Assembly (NCBI GenBank): GCA_963555825.3
Contig: CAUVXB020000002.1
Span: 3,520,001 to 3,584,000 of the forward strand
DNA: 64,000 nucleotides
Origin: Alphaproteobacteria bacterium
GTDB lineage: Bacteria; Pseudomonadota; Alphaproteobacteria; JAAXGF01
Direction: 5' to 3'
Made by a program: the position numbers and the translations under genes. Each line of letters begins with the position of its first letter. The first letter of the stretch is position 1. Shown in pieces: positions 1 through 15,023 of this stretch. The notes under the pieces were generated by a model. It was not told the origin of the DNA, ran no database searches, and saw only the letters and a list, made by a program, of their open reading frames with translations.

Positions 1-457
1 CGCCGCCGTGCCGCCCGCCGGCTTTACCGCGCCCGAGGGCACGCGCTCGTTCACCCAGGCGCGCGGCACCCTGCCGCTGCCCGCGCGCGGCCGGCTGGTC
101 GGCGCCTACGGCCAGACCGACGCGAACGGCGAGCGGGCGCACGGCATCACCATCGAGACACGCGCCGGCGCCGTCGTCGTCACACCTTACGACGGCCGGG
201 TCGCCTTCGCCGGGCCCTACCGGGGCTACGGGCAGCTCTTGATCATCGATCACGGTGAGGGATATCATACGCTGCTTGCGGGATTCTCCCGTATCGACGT
301 CGTCCTCGGCCAATGGCTGCTGGCCGGCGAGGCGGTCGGCGCGATGGGACGGCCCACCGATGGTGGCCCGAAATTATACGTTGAGCTGCGCTACAACGGC
401 GACGCGATCAACCCGCTCCCCTGGTTGGCGGCAAGCGAGAGAAAGGTTAGTGGATAA
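1..457 (+). CDS. Murein hydrolase activator EnvC-like / M23 peptidase domain protein, 3' part (5' end outside window)
   Basis: C-terminal M23-like segment (FAGPYRGYGQLLIIDHGEGYHTLLAG, LYVELR...INPLPWL); stop overlaps the ctpA ATG, the usual envC-ctpA order. Confidence 0.85.
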   Translation, partial: AAVPPAGFTAPEGTRSFTQARGTLPLPARGRLVGAYGQTDANGERAHGITIETRAGAVVVTPYDGRVAFAGPYRGYGQLLIIDHGEGYHTLLAGFSRIDVVLGQWLLAGEAVGAMGRPTDGGPKLYVELRYNGDAINPLPWLAASERKVSG

Positions 458-1743
458 TGGGTAGAAATTCGATTGGCGCCCTGGCTTTGGTGGCGCTCCT
501 GTCGTGGCCGACTGGCTCGGACGCGGCGAGCTCCGAGACATACCGCCAGCTCAACCTGTTCGGCGACGTCTTCGAGCGCGTGCGCTCGGATTATGTCGAG
601 GAGGTCAGCGACAAGGAACTGATCGAGTCGGCGATCGACGGCATGCTGGTATCGCTCGATCCGCACTCCAGCTACCTCAACCCGGAGCGGTTCGAGGATA
701 TGCAGGTGCAGACCAAGGGCGAGTTCGGCGGCCTCGGCATCGAGGTCACCATGGAGAACGGCTTGGTCAAGGTGGTCTCGCCGATCGACGACACGCCGGC
801 GTTCCGTGCCGGGCTCCAGGCGGGCGACCTCATCACCCACCTCGATGGCGAACAGGTCATGGGCTTGACGTTGTCGGAGGCGGTCGACCACATGCGCGGC
901 CCGGTGGGCGCCGATATCGTGCTGACGATCCGCCGTGATTCGGAACCCGACGCGTTCGACGTCACAATCACGCGCGATATCATCCGAATTCAATCGGTGC
1001 GCTGGCGCATCGAGGACCACGCCGCCTACGTTCGCATAACCTCGTTCAACGAGCAGACCGAATCGGGCGTCAAGAAGGCCTTCAAGAAGATCCGTGAGGA
1101 GCTCGGCGAGACGGTCACCGGCGTCGTGCTGGATCTCAGAAACAATCCGGGCGGCCTCTTGGATCAGGCGGTCGCCGTCTCCGACCTCTTCCTCGACAAG
1201 GGCGAGATCGTCTCGACGCGCGGCCGGCGCGCAGACTCGATCCAGCGCTTCAACTCGGCCCCCGGCGACCTCGCCGAGGGCCTGCCCGTCATCGTGCTTA
1301 TCAACGGCGGTTCGGCGTCGGCGTCCGAGATCGTCGCCGGCGCGCTGCAGGACCACAACCGCGCCCTGGTGCTGGGCACCGATTCATTCGGCAAGGGCTC
1401 GGTGCAGACGATCATCCCGCTGTCGGGCCACGGCGCCATCCGGCTGACCACGGCGCGCTACTACACGCCATCGGGACGCTCGATCCAGGCCAAGGGCATC
1501 GTGCCCGACATCGTCGTCGAGGCGGCGCGCATCGAGGCCATCGAGCAGTCGGGGCGCACCGAGGCGGGGCTGCGCAACCGCCTCGCCAGCGAGGAAGAGC
1601 TGAACGGTGACGAAATGCCTGCCGAGGGTGAAGAGGCCGAGTCCACCGGCCGCTCGGAGCAGACGCTGCAGGACTATCAGCTGGTTCGCGCGCTCGACCT
1701 GCTGCACGGCCTGTCCCTATTCGGCGGAAAAATCGCTTACTAA
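457..1743 (+). CDS. ctpA: Carboxy-terminal processing protease (S41 family)
   Basis: Signal peptide, PDZ region (GGLGIEV), [33 protein letters not shown]. Confidence 0.95.
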   Translation: MGRNSIGALALVALLSWPTGSDAASSETYRQLNLFGDVFERVRSDYVEEVSDKELIESAIDGMLVSLDPHSSYLNPERFEDMQVQTKGEFGGLGIEVTMENGLVKVVSPIDDTPAFRAGLQAGDLITHLDGEQVMGLTLSEAVDHMRGPVGADIVLTIRRDSEPDAFDVTITRDIIRIQSVRWRIEDHAAYVRITSFNEQTESGVKKAFKKIREELGETVTGVVLDLRNNPGGLLDQAVAVSDLFLDKGEIVSTRGRRADSIQRFNSAPGDLAEGLPVIVLINGGSASASEIVAGALQDHNRALVLGTDSFGKGSVQTIIPLSGHGAIRLTTARYYTPSGRSIQAKGIVPDIVVEAARIEAIEQSGRTEAGLRNRLASEEELNGDEMPAEGEEAESTGRSEQTLQDYQLVRALDLLHGLSLFGGKIAY

Positions 1744-1779
1744 TCCACCCGCCGCCACCAGGGCGGCGGCGCCGCGGTT

Positions 1780-2802
1780 GTGAACATGTCACCGAGGCAT
1801 CCATCGCAGGGCGCCCCGCGGGCGCCGACGCTCATCGCTCTGGCCATCGCCGCGCTTGGCGCAGGCGTTGGGCTTTGGCTGGTGCTCGATTCCATGGCGG
1901 TGTCGACCGGCGCGCATGCGCCACCGCTCTCGGCGGTGACCGTATTGCTCGAACCACCGGCCAGTGCGCCGGACGACACCATGATCGAATTGGCGGCGTT
2001 GCGGGTGCCGGCCGCAATCGAACCGGCCGAGGCGCCGCCCCCGCCGCCCGACGATCCGGGCGTCGAGATCGCCGCCCGGGACGCATGGCTCACCTATGCG
2101 CGGCCATTCGACGCCCCGCCCGGCACGCCGCGCATTGCCATCGTCGTCACCGGTTTGGGCACCAGTGCCTCGGCGACGGGCGCCGCGATCCTGCTGCCGG
2201 GCGGCGTGACGCTGAGCTTTTCGTCGCAAGGCCGCAACCTACAGGATTGGGTCGACAAGGCGCGCGCCGCCGGCCACGAGGTCATGATCGATCTGCCGAT
2301 GGAACCGCTCGACTATCCGGCGCTCGATCCCGGACCGCAGACGCTGCTGACCTCGCTGACCAGCGCCGAGAACGTCGCGCTGCTCAAATGGCATCTGGGG
2401 CGCGCGATCGGCTTCGTCGGCGTAATGCACTCGATGGGTTCGCGCTTTACCGCCTCGCCCGACGCGCTGCGCCCGGTGCTGTCCGCGCTCAAGGTGCGCG
2501 GCCTGATCTTCCTCGACGGCCGCACGACCTCGCACTCGGTTGCCGCCCGTCTGGCCTCGTCGATCGGACTGCCGCGCGCGATCAACGACCGTTTCCTCGA
2601 CGACCACGCATCGCGCGACGCGATCGACCGGCGGCTCGCGGAAATCGAAACGATCGCGCGCGACACCGGCTATGCTGTGGCTATCGGCCGCGCCTATCCG
2701 GTGACGTTCGAGCGGCTCGCCAACTGGCTGCCGACGCTCGCCGAGCGCGGCTTCGTACTCGCGCCGATCAGCGCCCTGATCAACAGGCAGGCGCTCCAGT
2801 GA
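1780..2802 (+). CDS. Divergent polysaccharide deacetylase family protein
   Basis: N-terminal TM segment, [30 protein letters not shown]; usual position after ctpA. Confidence 0.85.
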   Translation: MNMSPRHPSQGAPRAPTLIALAIAALGAGVGLWLVLDSMAVSTGAHAPPLSAVTVLLEPPASAPDDTMIELAALRVPAAIEPAEAPPPPPDDPGVEIAARDAWLTYARPFDAPPGTPRIAIVVTGLGTSASATGAAILLPGGVTLSFSSQGRNLQDWVDKARAAGHEVMIDLPMEPLDYPALDPGPQTLLTSLTSAENVALLKWHLGRAIGFVGVMHSMGSRFTASPDALRPVLSALKVRGLIFLDGRTTSHSVAARLASSIGLPRAINDRFLDDHASRDAIDRRLAEIETIARDTGYAVAIGRAYPVTFERLANWLPTLAERGFVLAPISALINRQALQ

Positions 2803-3269
2803 CCGATCGGCGGCCTTACCGGAAGGGCGTTGGCATCATGCTGATCAACGACCGCCGCGAGGTCTGGGTCGGCCGCCGCGTCGGCGTGGGCGACGATGCC
2901 TGGCAGATGCCCCAGGGCGGCATCGACGCCGGCGAGACGCCGCGCGCCGCGGCGCTGCGCGAGTTGGCCGAGGAGACCGGCACCGACAAGGCCGAGATCG
3001 TCGCCGAAAGCGTCGACTGGCTGAGCTACGACCTGCCGCCCGAGGTGGCCGCGCGGGTGTGGCAGGGGCGCTACCGCGGCCAGCGGCAGAAGTGGTTCGC
3101 CCTGCGCTTCACCGGCGCCGACGCCGATTTCGACCTCGAGACCCACCACCAGCGCGAGTTCGCCGCCTGGCGCTGGATGGAATCCGGTCGACTGGCGCGC
3201 CTGATCATCCCCTTCAAGCGCCCGGTCTACGAAGCAGTCATCGCGGAGTTCCGCGCGCTCCTGTGTTGA
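2799..3269 (+). CDS. rppH: RNA pyrophosphohydrolase (Nudix)
   Basis: GTG at 2799 overlaps the upstream TGA; [21 protein letters not shown]...[10 protein letters not shown] Nudix box, GQRQKWF. Confidence 0.93.
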   Translation: MTDRRPYRKGVGIMLINDRREVWVGRRVGVGDDAWQMPQGGIDAGETPRAAALRELAEETGTDKAEIVAESVDWLSYDLPPEVAARVWQGRYRGQRQKWFALRFTGADADFDLETHHQREFAAWRWMESGRLARLIIPFKRPVYEAVIAEFRALLC

Positions 3270-3352
3270 CCGTAGCCCGGTCGATGGCGCCATGCCGGGT
3301 CATGCCCGCCACATGGGTATATGATGGGGCCTCCCCTGCAGAGGAGGTGGCC

Positions 3353-3691
3353 ATGGCCAGATGGATCGCGGTGCTGGCGTTCCTGGTGTTGGCGGGCGAG
3401 ACGCACGCGTCGGGCTTCTGGGACAGCGGTGTCGAGCTTGAGCTGCAATGCCATTCCGACGACGACGCGCGCCGGGCGGCCTGCCGGGGCTACATCGTCG
3501 CCGTCGCCGACGTCTTCTTAGGCGACGACGCACGGGTCGCGGGCATACGCGCGTGTTTCAGGGGCGGCACCTCGGTGCCGCGGCTCGTCGAGACGGTGAC
3601 GGGCTACATCGATCGGCACCCCGAGCTGCGGCATTTCGCCGCCGTGATCGTCGTCACCATGGCGCTCGAGGAAGCCTTCCCCTGCCGTTGA
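3353..3691 (+). CDS. Rap1a/Tai-family immunity-like exported protein
   Basis: RBS GAGGAGG then ATG at 3353; signal peptide; pattern G..L...C......C.GYI..VAD, C, YIDRHPELRH.AA..V..AL..AFPC. Confidence 0.75.
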   Translation: MARWIAVLAFLVLAGETHASGFWDSGVELELQCHSDDDARRAACRGYIVAVADVFLGDDARVAGIRACFRGGTSVPRLVETVTGYIDRHPELRHFAAVIVVTMALEEAFPCR

Positions 3692-3701
3692 ACCGGTCGG
3701 G

Positions 3702-4622
3702 CTAGTTCAACCGCCGCAGGTACTGGTCGACGAAGTCGAAACCGAGGAACGCCTTGTAGGCGTCGATCAGCCGGGCGGTGACCGGGCCAGGCACGGCGCC
3801 GCCGAGGCCGCGGCCGTCGACCGAAGAGACCGGCACCATGCACAGGCTGGTCGAGGTCAAGAACACCTCGTCGGCGCCGTAGGCGTCGAACAGATCGATG
3901 TCGGCCTCGCGGCAGTCGATGCCCGCTTCGCCGGCGAGCCGCATGACGTTGGCGCGGCTGACACCCGGCAGGACGTAGCGTTCCCGGGGCGTCAGCAGGC
4001 GGCCGTCGCGGACGACGAAGATGTTGCTGCCGAGGCATTCGCACAGGTTGCCGTTCTCGTCCAACAGGATCGCCCAGGCCTCGGCGTCGCGCTGGCGTAT
4101 CTCGCGGTCGGCCATCATCAGGTTGGGGTAGTTCTGCGTCTTGGCGCGCGGGCTGAGCGCCGACGGCGGCGTGCGGCGGAACGACGAGGTCGCGACGTGC
4201 AAGCCGTCGCGAAAGTAACGCGCGCGCGCCGCGAAGGGGATCGGCGTGCAGTCGACGATGACCGTCGGGCCGCCACCGCCGTCGCCGAAGAACGGGTCGC
4301 CGCTGCCCGGCGTGACGCGGATGAAGACCCAGTAGTCCTCGTCGTCGGCGACCAGGTGGCGGTTGCGCTTGACGACCTCTTGGGTGATCTCGTGGAACTC
4401 GTCGGCCGTATGATGCGGGTCGATGCCGATATAGGCGAGCGAGCGGTAGAGGCGCTGGATGTGCTCGTCCATCTGCCTGAGTTCGTGGCCGAAGGTGCGG
4501 GCCGTGTCGAAGACCGCCTCGCCGTATATGAAGCCGCGGTCGCGAAACGGGATCAACACTTCGCTCTCGGGTACATAGCGGCCGTTGAAATAGGCGGTGC
4601 GTTCGTTGGCGCGTTCGACCAT
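3702..4622 (-). CDS. Class IV PLP aminotransferase (branched-chain/D-amino acid aminotransferase-like)
   Basis: DRGFIYGEAVFDT, PLP lysine in AKTQNY, E...SNIF, LPGVSR, ADEVFLTST. Confidence 0.88.
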   Translation of the reverse strand: MVERANERTAYFNGRYVPESEVLIPFRDRGFIYGEAVFDTARTFGHELRQMDEHIQRLYRSLAYIGIDPHHTADEFHEITQEVVKRNRHLVADDEDYWVFIRVTPGSGDPFFGDGGGGPTVIVDCTPIPFAARARYFRDGLHVATSSFRRTPPSALSPRAKTQNYPNLMMADREIRQRDAEAWAILLDENGNLCECLGSNIFVVRDGRLLTPRERYVLPGVSRANVMRLAGEAGIDCREADIDLFDAYGADEVFLTSTSLCMVPVSSVDGRGLGGAVPGPVTARLIDAYKAFLGFDFVDQYLRRLN

Positions 4623-4830
4623 CGGTCTTCTCTCGGCGATTGATTGTCGGGCTCACACCGCGGCGAGCCGCCGGGCACGATGCTGCATCAGCCACCAGGC
4701 GATACGCGCCAGCCCCCCGATCGAACGACTCCCCGGCGTCGCGGCCGAGCGCCTTGGGCGCCATGGCGTGACCGAAGCGGCATCACGTTTGCGGTTGCCT
4801 CGGCTACGGCGCGTCGCGCAACCGCGCCAG

Positions 4831-4882
4831 ATCATTGTGCGGTCACCTTCACTTCGTGAAAATGACCTGCGCTCAATCGCCG
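4831..4882. repeat. Extragenic hairpin repeat (second copy at 49593-49635); possible atp operon terminator
   Basis: Imperfect stem GGTCA..TTCAC-ttc-GTGAA..TGACC; 21-mer ATGACCTGCGCTCAATCGCCG also occurs at ~49615. Confidence 0.5.
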
Positions 4883-4890
4883 CGCATGCT

Positions 4891-5295
4891 TTAGGCGATC
4901 GCCACGAGCATCGCCTCGCAGACCGCGATCTCGGCCTCGGCCTTGACGCGCTCGTCGTCGTTGTCGGCGTCGGTCAGCTCGTCCTGGGCGGCCTTGAGTC
5001 GCTCCTCGACCTCGCCACGGTCGAGCTCATCGATCGGATACGCCTCGCTCGACAGCACGATGCAGCCCCGCTCGTTGACCTCGGCGAAGCCGTCGGCGAC
5101 GAAAATGCGCTGATCGATCTTGTCGCCGTCGTAGACATCGATCACGCCGGCGCGCACGGTCGAGATGAACGGCGCGTGGCCGGGCAGCACGCCGAAGTCG
5201 CCCTCGGCGCCCGGCACGACAACCATGTCGACCGCGGCCGAGACCAGCAGAGCCTCGGGCGAGGCGAGTTCGAAGGATACTTTGTCGTCGCTCAT
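4891..5295 (-). CDS. atpC: ATP synthase F1 epsilon subunit
   Basis: MSDDKVSFELASPE, VPGAEGDFGVLPGHAP, GFAEV; follows atpD. Confidence 0.96.
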   Translation of the reverse strand: MSDDKVSFELASPEALLVSAAVDMVVVPGAEGDFGVLPGHAPFISTVRAGVIDVYDGDKIDQRIFVADGFAEVNERGCIVLSSEAYPIDELDRGEVEERLKAAQDELTDADNDDERVKAEAEIAVCEAMLVAIA

Positions 5296-5305
5296 GGCGC
5301 GCGCC

Positions 5306-7670
<2,365 letters not shown>

Positions 7671-7698
7671 GGGCTGCCCGTTTCCGGCGTCTCGGTTC

Positions 7699-9227
<1,529 letters not shown>

Positions 9228-9228
<1 letters not shown>

Positions 9229-9788
9229 TATCCGATCCCTTTCATCGCGAGATGCAATCTTTGAAGCTTGGTGCGCATCGAGGTGTCGACCATGCGCGAG
9301 CCGACGCGTACGACGAGGCCGCCGAGCAGCGCGTCGTCGACCGTGGTCTCGACCGCGACGTCACCGCCGATGGCGCGCTTGAGGGCTGCCTCGATGGCGC
9401 TCACCTGGCCGTCGTCGAGCGCGACCGCGGCGGTCACTTCGGCGCGGACCTCGCCGCGGTGTGCGGCGAGCAATCGGTTGAAGGCGGCGACGATGTCGGC
9501 GAGCACGAACAGGCGCCGGCGCTCGGCCAGCAGGCCGATGAAGCGGCGTGTCAGATCGGTTGCGCCGGCGCGCTCGAGGAGCGCGGCGACGGCCCGCGAT
9601 TGCTCGGCGCGGGTCAGCACCGGGCTGCGCACCAGCCGCTGCAAATCATCGCTTTCGACAAGCATATCGCCAAGCGCGGCAAGATCCGCCGCGACCCCGT
9701 CGATCGCCTTGTCTTCAGCCGCCAGCTCGAACAGGGCGGCTGCATACCGCCCGGCGAGACCGGCTACCCCACTGACATCTGTCGCCAC
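9228..9788 (-). CDS. atpH: ATP synthase F1 delta subunit
   Basis: [29 protein letters not shown]; first gene of the F1 operon. Confidence 0.96.
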
Positions 9789-9967
9789 GCCGGATTACCT
9801 CCAACGTCTCCGCAAGAGAAAATTTGCGAACTTTTTGCCGTCCTCCCAACACGACACGCGCTCGTACCAAAAGCCCGGCCGCGGCGGACACCTAGCCCAC
9901 AGAGTGTTGCTAACATAGGACCTTCGGCGATGCAACATCGCCCGCGCGGGCGGCTTCGGGACGCCTA

Positions 9968-10228
9968 TACCAAGGGTCAGTGATAGAGGCTCCTAGAGAT
10001 CGCGGCCGCTTTTCGCCGGGTAGGAAGGAGGCCGCGGGCGATGCAGCGCATCGGCTAGGCAACCTGGCGCCCACCGGCGATAAGCGGGCGCGACCCGAAG
10101 GGCGGCTTGCCGTGGCATTCGGACGTCGTTCCACCCGTCTTGCGATGCCAAGCATCGCCGCGACGGGCGCGCCTAGCCGAGAACCACGGCAAGCCGTCTC
10201 TAGGGGTCTCTATTTCTGATCCTTGGTA
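9968..10228. mobile_element. 261-bp non-autonomous MITE-like element, family A
   Basis: 32-bp terminal inverted repeats (TACCAAGGGTCAGTGATAGAGGCTCCTAGAGA; 27/32 match); flanks CTA and TTA, the latter being the priA stop; several internal stems; no transposase. Confidence 0.75.
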
Positions 10229-12442
10229 TTACATGAAGCTGTACGGGTCGATGTCGATCTGCACGCGCAGGCCACCGCGCGGGCTGACGCCGCCGAGCCA
10301 TTCGCGAAGCAAACGCTGGATGTGCGTTTCGCGCGGCGTCTTCATCAGGAGGCGGTATCGGTAGCGGCCGCGCAGCAACGCGAGCGGCGCCGGCGCCGGG
10401 CCGAGCACCTCGACGCCGACGACCTGCGGCGCGGTCCGGCTCAGCCGCCGCGCGAGACGCCGGACCGCGTCCTCGGACGGGCCCGAGACGATGACCGCGG
10501 CGAGCCGGCCGAACGGCGGCATGCCGCGCTCGCACCGGTCGGCCGCCTCGAGCCCCAAGAAGCGGTCGCGGTCGCCGTCGACCAGCGCCTGCATGACCGG
10601 ATGCTCGGGCATGTATGTCTGCACCAGCACGCGGCCCGGATGATCGGCGCGGCCGGCACGGCCCGCCACCTGGTGCAAAAGCTGGTAGGTGCGCTCGGCG
10701 GCGCGCAGATCGCCGCCCGCCAGGCCGAGATCGGCGTCGACCACGCCGACCAGGGTGAGCAGCGGGAAATGGTGGCCCTTGGCCATGATCTGGGTGCCGA
10801 TCAATAGATCGATCTCGCGCGCCGCAACGCGACGCACCAGCTCGGCCGCCGCCGCCGGGCCGCCGACCGTGTCGCTCGCCATGACCGCGAGACGCGTCTC
10901 GGGGAACAGCGCGGCGATCTCTTCGGCGAGGCGCTCGACGCCCGGACCACAGGCGGCGAAACGGTCCTCGGCGCCACAGCTCGGGCAGTCGTCGGGCAGC
11001 CGCGCCGCATAACCGCAATGATGGCATTCGAGGCGCCCGAGATGGCGGTGTTCGACGAGCCATGCCGTGCAGTTGGGGCAGCCCATTCGAAAGCCGCAGG
11101 CGCGGCACAGCGTAAGCGGCGCATAGCCCCGGCGATTGAGGAACAGCATGGCCTGCTCGCCGGCCTCGAAGGTCTCGGTCAGCGCCTCGCTCAGAACGGG
11201 CGAGACCCAGCTGCCGGCGGCCAGCGGCGCGTCGCGCATGTCGACCGCCTCGATCGTGGGCAGCGTCGCGCGGCCGTGCCGGTCGGGCAGGCCGAGGCGG
11301 TCGTAACGCCCGGCCTCGACGTTGATCACGGTCTCGAGCGACGGCGTCGCCGAGCACAGCACGACCGGCACGCCTTCGAGCCGGCCGCGCACCACGGCCA
11401 TGTCGCGGGCGTGGTAGATGACGCCATCCTCCTGCTTGAACGAGGCGTCGTGTTCCTCGTCGATGACGATCACGCCGAGTTCGGAGAACGGCAGGTAAAG
11501 CGCCGAGCGCGCGCCGACGACGACGCGCGCCGCACCTTCGGCGACCGCGCGCCAGGTGTCACGCCGCCGGGCATGGGTCAGTTCCGAGTGCCATTCGGCG
11601 GGCGCCGCGCCGAAGCGGGCGGCGAAGCGCGCCAGCCATTGCGCGCCGAGCGCGATTTCGGGCAGCAGCACGAGCGCCTGCCGGCCCCGCTCGAGGGCAC
11701 CGGCAATGGCCGCGAAATAGACTTCCGTCTTGCCCGCGCCGTTGACGCCGTCGAGCAGCGTGACGCCGAAACGCGCCGCGCCAACCTTGCCGGCGAGATC
11801 GTCCGCCGCGACCCTTTGCGCCGCCGACAGCGCGGGCCCCGGGTGGCGCCAGTCGGGCGTCTCGAACAACGCGCCCGGCGGCAGAAGAACGCTTTCGAGC
11901 ACGCCGGCGTCGGCCAGCGCGCGCACGACCCCCGGGCTGACGCCGGCGGCGCGCGCCAGCTCGGCGGCCGGGCGCGGCGGGCCGTCGGCGATTTCGGCGA
12001 GCACGCGCGCGCGCGCCGCGGTCATGCGTTCGGGCTCGATCGAACCCTTGCCGTACGCGGTGCGCGGCCGCGGCGGCTCGAGCGCCTCGGGTACATTCAT
12101 CGCCATGCGCAAGACGGCGCCCGGCGGCGTCAGCGTATAGCCCGCGACCCAGTCGACGAAATCCCTGAGCGGCGCGGTCATCGGCGGCGCCGGCAGCCGC
12201 GCGCGGACATCCTTGAGCTTCTCGTCGGCGACGTGGCCGCCGCCTTCGCCCCACACGACGCCGACCAGTTCGCGCCGGCCAAGCGGCACGCGCACGAAGC
12301 TGCCCGGCGGCGCCGCAAGATGACCGGGCAGCCAGTAGTCATAGGCCTCGCTGAGCGGCAGCGGCAACAGGACGCTGACACGACGATCGCCGGAATTCGT
12401 GATTTCGCCGGCGTCGGGGGAACTGGTGCGGCGCAAAGCCAT
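10229..12442 (-). CDS. priA: Primosomal protein N'
   Basis: GVNGAGKT Walker A, DEEHD, Cys-rich CxxC zinc motifs, QVAGRAGR, C-terminal DIDP. Confidence 0.97.
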   Translation of the reverse strand: MALRRTSSPDAGEITNSGDRRVSVLLPLPLSEAYDYWLPGHLAAPPGSFVRVPLGRRELVGVVWGEGGGHVADEKLKDVRARLPAPPMTAPLRDFVDWVAGYTLTPPGAVLRMAMNVPEALEPPRPRTAYGKGSIEPERMTAARARVLAEIADGPPRPAAELARAAGVSPGVVRALADAGVLESVLLPPGALFETPDWRHPGPALSAAQRVAADDLAGKVGAARFGVTLLDGVNGAGKTEVYFAAIAGALERGRQALVLLPEIALGAQWLARFAARFGAAPAEWHSELTHARRRDTWRAVAEGAARVVVGARSALYLPFSELGVIVIDEEHDASFKQEDGVIYHARDMAVVRGRLEGVPVVLCSATPSLETVINVEAGRYDRLGLPDRHGRATLPTIEAVDMRDAPLAAGSWVSPVLSEALTETFEAGEQAMLFLNRRGYAPLTLCRACGFRMGCPNCTAWLVEHRHLGRLECHHCGYAARLPDDCPSCGAEDRFAACGPGVERLAEEIAALFPETRLAVMASDTVGGPAAAAELVRRVAAREIDLLIGTQIMAKGHHFPLLTLVGVVDADLGLAGGDLRAAERTYQLLHQVAGRAGRADHPGRVLVQTYMPEHPVMQALVDGDRDRFLGLEAADRCERGMPPFGRLAAVIVSGPSEDAVRRLARRLSRTAPQVVGVEVLGPAPAPLALLRGRYRYRLLMKTPRETHIQRLLREWLGGVSPRGGLRVQIDIDPYSFM

Positions 12443-12531
12443 GGTCTACACTGTGGCGGTCGAAGCGATGGGCTTCAAGCATTGCGCGCAAGCCTGTCGC
12501 GCATCGGCGAAAAGAGCGATAGGCTGAGTGC

Positions 12532-13197
12532 ATGAAGTTTTTTGTCGATACCGCAGACGTCGAGGAAATTCGCGAGTTCGCCGCCACCGGCATGCTCGAC
12601 GGCGTGACCACGAATCCGTCGCTGGTCGCCCAGTCGGGGCGCGATTTTTTCGAGGTGCTGGCCGAGATCTGCGCGCTTGTCGAGGGGCCGGTGAGCGCCG
12701 AGGTGACCGCCACCGAGACCGACGGCATGTTGGCCGAGGGCCGCAAGCTCGCCGATGTGGCGCCCAACGTCACGGTCAAGGTGCCGCTCACCTGGGACGG
12801 CCTCAAGGCGTGTCGGAGCCTGACCCAGGGCGGCATCAAGGTGAACGTCACGCTGTGTTTCTCGGCGGCCCAGGCGATCCTCGCCGCCAAGGCGGGCGCG
12901 ACCTTCGTCTCGCCCTTCGTCGGCCGGCTCGACGACATCGGCCAGAACGGCATGAACCTGGTCGCCGAGATCCGCGAGATCTACGACAACTACTCGGACA
13001 GCTTCCGAACCGAGATCCTGGTCGCCTCGATCCGCCATCCGATTCACGTCGTCGAGGCCGCGCGTATCGGCGCCGACATCGCTACCGTACCGCCCAAGGT
13101 GCTGCGCCAGCTCGCCAACCATGCGCTCACCGACAAAGGCCTCGCCGCCTTCCTCGCCGACTGGCAGAAGACCGGCCAGGCGATCATCGCCGGGTAG
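12532..13197 (+). CDS. tal: Transaldolase (short type, fructose-6-phosphate aldolase family)
   Basis: [21 protein letters not shown] Schiff-base Lys, [14 protein letters not shown]. Confidence 0.9.
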   Translation: MKFFVDTADVEEIREFAATGMLDGVTTNPSLVAQSGRDFFEVLAEICALVEGPVSAEVTATETDGMLAEGRKLADVAPNVTVKVPLTWDGLKACRSLTQGGIKVNVTLCFSAAQAILAAKAGATFVSPFVGRLDDIGQNGMNLVAEIREIYDNYSDSFRTEILVASIRHPIHVVEAARIGADIATVPPKVLRQLANHALTDKGLAAFLADWQKTGQAIIAG

Positions 13198-13217
13198 CGG
13201 GGCAGCGGGAGCGCGCC

Positions 13218-13955
13218 ATGGCATCGCCCACCGACACCGCCGCCCTCGACACGGCACCGGGCGCCAGCGCCGACCAGGTCGCCGCCTATCTGAAGCGCCA
13301 TCCCGATTTCCTGATCGACCATCCCGAGCTGCTCGATGCCTTGGCGCCGCCGTCACGGATCGCCGGCGACGGCGATGGCGTGGTCGATATGCAGACCTTC
13401 ATGATCGACCGGCTGCGCAGCGAGATCGGCGCGCTGCGGGACGAGCAATCCGCCCTCGTCTCGACCAGCCGGCGCAGCCTGTCGAAACAGCGCCAGGTGC
13501 ACGCCGCGGCGATCGCCATGCTCGGCGCGACGACCTTCGAGCATCTGATCGAGGTCGTTACCGTCGACTTCCTGTCGCTGCTCGACCTCGACGTCTCGAC
13601 GCTGTGCGTCGAGAATTGCGCCGACAGCGTGCCGAGCGACGCCCGCGCCCGCGTGCTGTGTGTCGAACCCGGCATCATCGACGCCGTGCTCGGCACCGAG
13701 CGCGACATGGTTTGCGCCCGGGAGAATGCCGGCGACGCGAGCGTCTTCGGCGCCGGCGCCGGGCTGGTTCGCTCGGCCGCGCTGGCGCGTATCACGCTCG
13801 GCGACTCCGCGCCGGCCTGCCTGCTGGCACTCGGTTCGCGTCGCACCGGCCGCTTCGGTAGTGGCCGCAGCGCCGAGCTGATCAGCTTCCTGGCCCGCGC
13901 GTTGGAGCTGTGCATGCGCACCTGGCTCGACCTGCCGGCGGCCGCGCGCAAGTAA
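13218..13955 (+). CDS. DUF484 family protein
   Basis: VAAYLKRHPDFLIDHPELL, VVDMQ, LLALGS; usual position upstream of xerC. Confidence 0.85.
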   Translation: MASPTDTAALDTAPGASADQVAAYLKRHPDFLIDHPELLDALAPPSRIAGDGDGVVDMQTFMIDRLRSEIGALRDEQSALVSTSRRSLSKQRQVHAAAIAMLGATTFEHLIEVVTVDFLSLLDLDVSTLCVENCADSVPSDARARVLCVEPGIIDAVLGTERDMVCARENAGDASVFGAGAGLVRSAALARITLGDSAPACLLALGSRRTGRFGSGRSAELISFLARALELCMRTWLDLPAAARK

Positions 13956-14036
13956 CCGTCGCGGCGGTGCGCCGCGCGTAAGTATATGTCGCGGCGGTGC
14001 GCCGCGCGTAAGTATATGTCGCGGCGGCGCGCCGCG
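13941..14036. repeat. 30-bp tandem repeat, about 3.2 copies
   Basis: Unit GCCGCGCGTAAGTATATGTCGCGGCGGTGC at 13971, with variant copies at 13941 and 14001 and a partial copy at 14031. Confidence 0.9.
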
Positions 14037-14063
14037 ACCCGGAGTAATCGGACTGGTCATCGC

Positions 14064-15023
14064 ATGACCCCTGCATCCGCCATCGAGCTTTCCGTCCGGG
14101 CCGACCTGGCCGCGGCGGTCGAGCGCTGGCGGCGCTGGCTGGCCGACGAGCGGCGTGCCTCGGCGCATACGCTCGACGCCTACGGCCGCGACCTCGCCGG
14201 CTTCCTCGCCTTCCTCGCCGAGCACTTGGGCGGCCAGCCGGGTTTGGCCGATCTCGATGCGCTGCGTACCGCCGACTTCCGCAGCTGGCTCGCGCGGCGC
14301 GCCAGCGACGGCTTGAGCGCCGCCTCACGGGCCCGTGCACTGTCCGTGGTGCGCGGTTTCTTCCGCTTCCTCGACCGCGAGGGGCTGGCGCACAACCCGG
14401 CGGTCGCAGCGTTACGCACGCCCAAGCACCAGCGGCCGGCGCCACGGCCACTGACCGTCGACCAGGCGCGCGCCACGCTCGAGGCGGTCGGTGAGCTCGG
14501 CTCGACGCCATGGATCGGCAAACGCGACAGGGCGCTGATCGCGCTGCTCTACGGCGCCGGCCTGCGTATCGGCGAGGCGTTGGGTCTCGACCGCGGCGCC
14601 CTGCCCAGCGCCGGGCGCGGCGACGCGGCGATCGTCATCACCGGCAAGGGCGACAAGCAGCGCGTCGTGCCGCTGCTCGCGGTGGTGCGCGCCGCGATCG
14701 CCGACTATCTCGCCGCCTGCCCCTACCAGCCCGGCGACGACGGCCCGCTGTTCGTCGGCGCCCGCGGCGGCCGGCTCAACGCCAGCGTGGTTCAGGCGCG
14801 ACTACGCCGTTTGCGCGGCTTCCTCGGTCTGCCGGCCAATGCCACGCCGCACGCGCTGCGCCACAGCTTCGCGACCCACCTGCTGGCCGAGGGTGGCGAT
14901 CTGCGCACCATCCAGGAGCTGCTGGGCCACGCCTCGCTCTCGACCACCCAGCGCTACACCGAAGTCGACGCCGAGAGCCTGCTCAGGGTCTACGACGCGG
15001 CGCACCCCAAGGCGCGCGGATGA
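14064..15023 (+). CDS. xerC: Tyrosine recombinase XerC
   Basis: LYGAGLRIGE, GKGDKQR, TPHALRHSFATHLL, LLGHASLSTTQRYT; DUF484-xerC synteny. Confidence 0.93.
   Translation: MTPASAIELSVRADLAAAVERWRRWLADERRASAHTLDAYGRDLAGFLAFLAEHLGGQPGLADLDALRTADFRSWLARRASDGLSAASRARALSVVRGFFRFLDREGLAHNPAVAALRTPKHQRPAPRPLTVDQARATLEAVGELGSTPWIGKRDRALIALLYGAGLRIGEALGLDRGALPSAGRGDAAIVITGKGDKQRVVPLLAVVRAAIADYLAACPYQPGDDGPLFVGARGGRLNASVVQARLRRLRGFLGLPANATPHALRHSFATHLLAEGGDLRTIQELLGHASLSTTQRYTEVDAESLLRVYDAAHPKARG

Noticed and set aside
4634-4882. 10-bp inverted repeat (CGGCGATTGA / TCAATCGCCG) as MITE ends, and a small ORF from 4764
   Set aside because: Too short, no target duplication, and the ORF has no recognisable motif
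13941-14036. Possible mini CRISPR array
   Set aside because: The 9-13-bp linkers are repeated rather than unique spacers, and no cas genes are present
14064-15023. Phage or island integrase
   Set aside because: DUF484-xerC synteny and host-like GC indicate the chromosomal XerC
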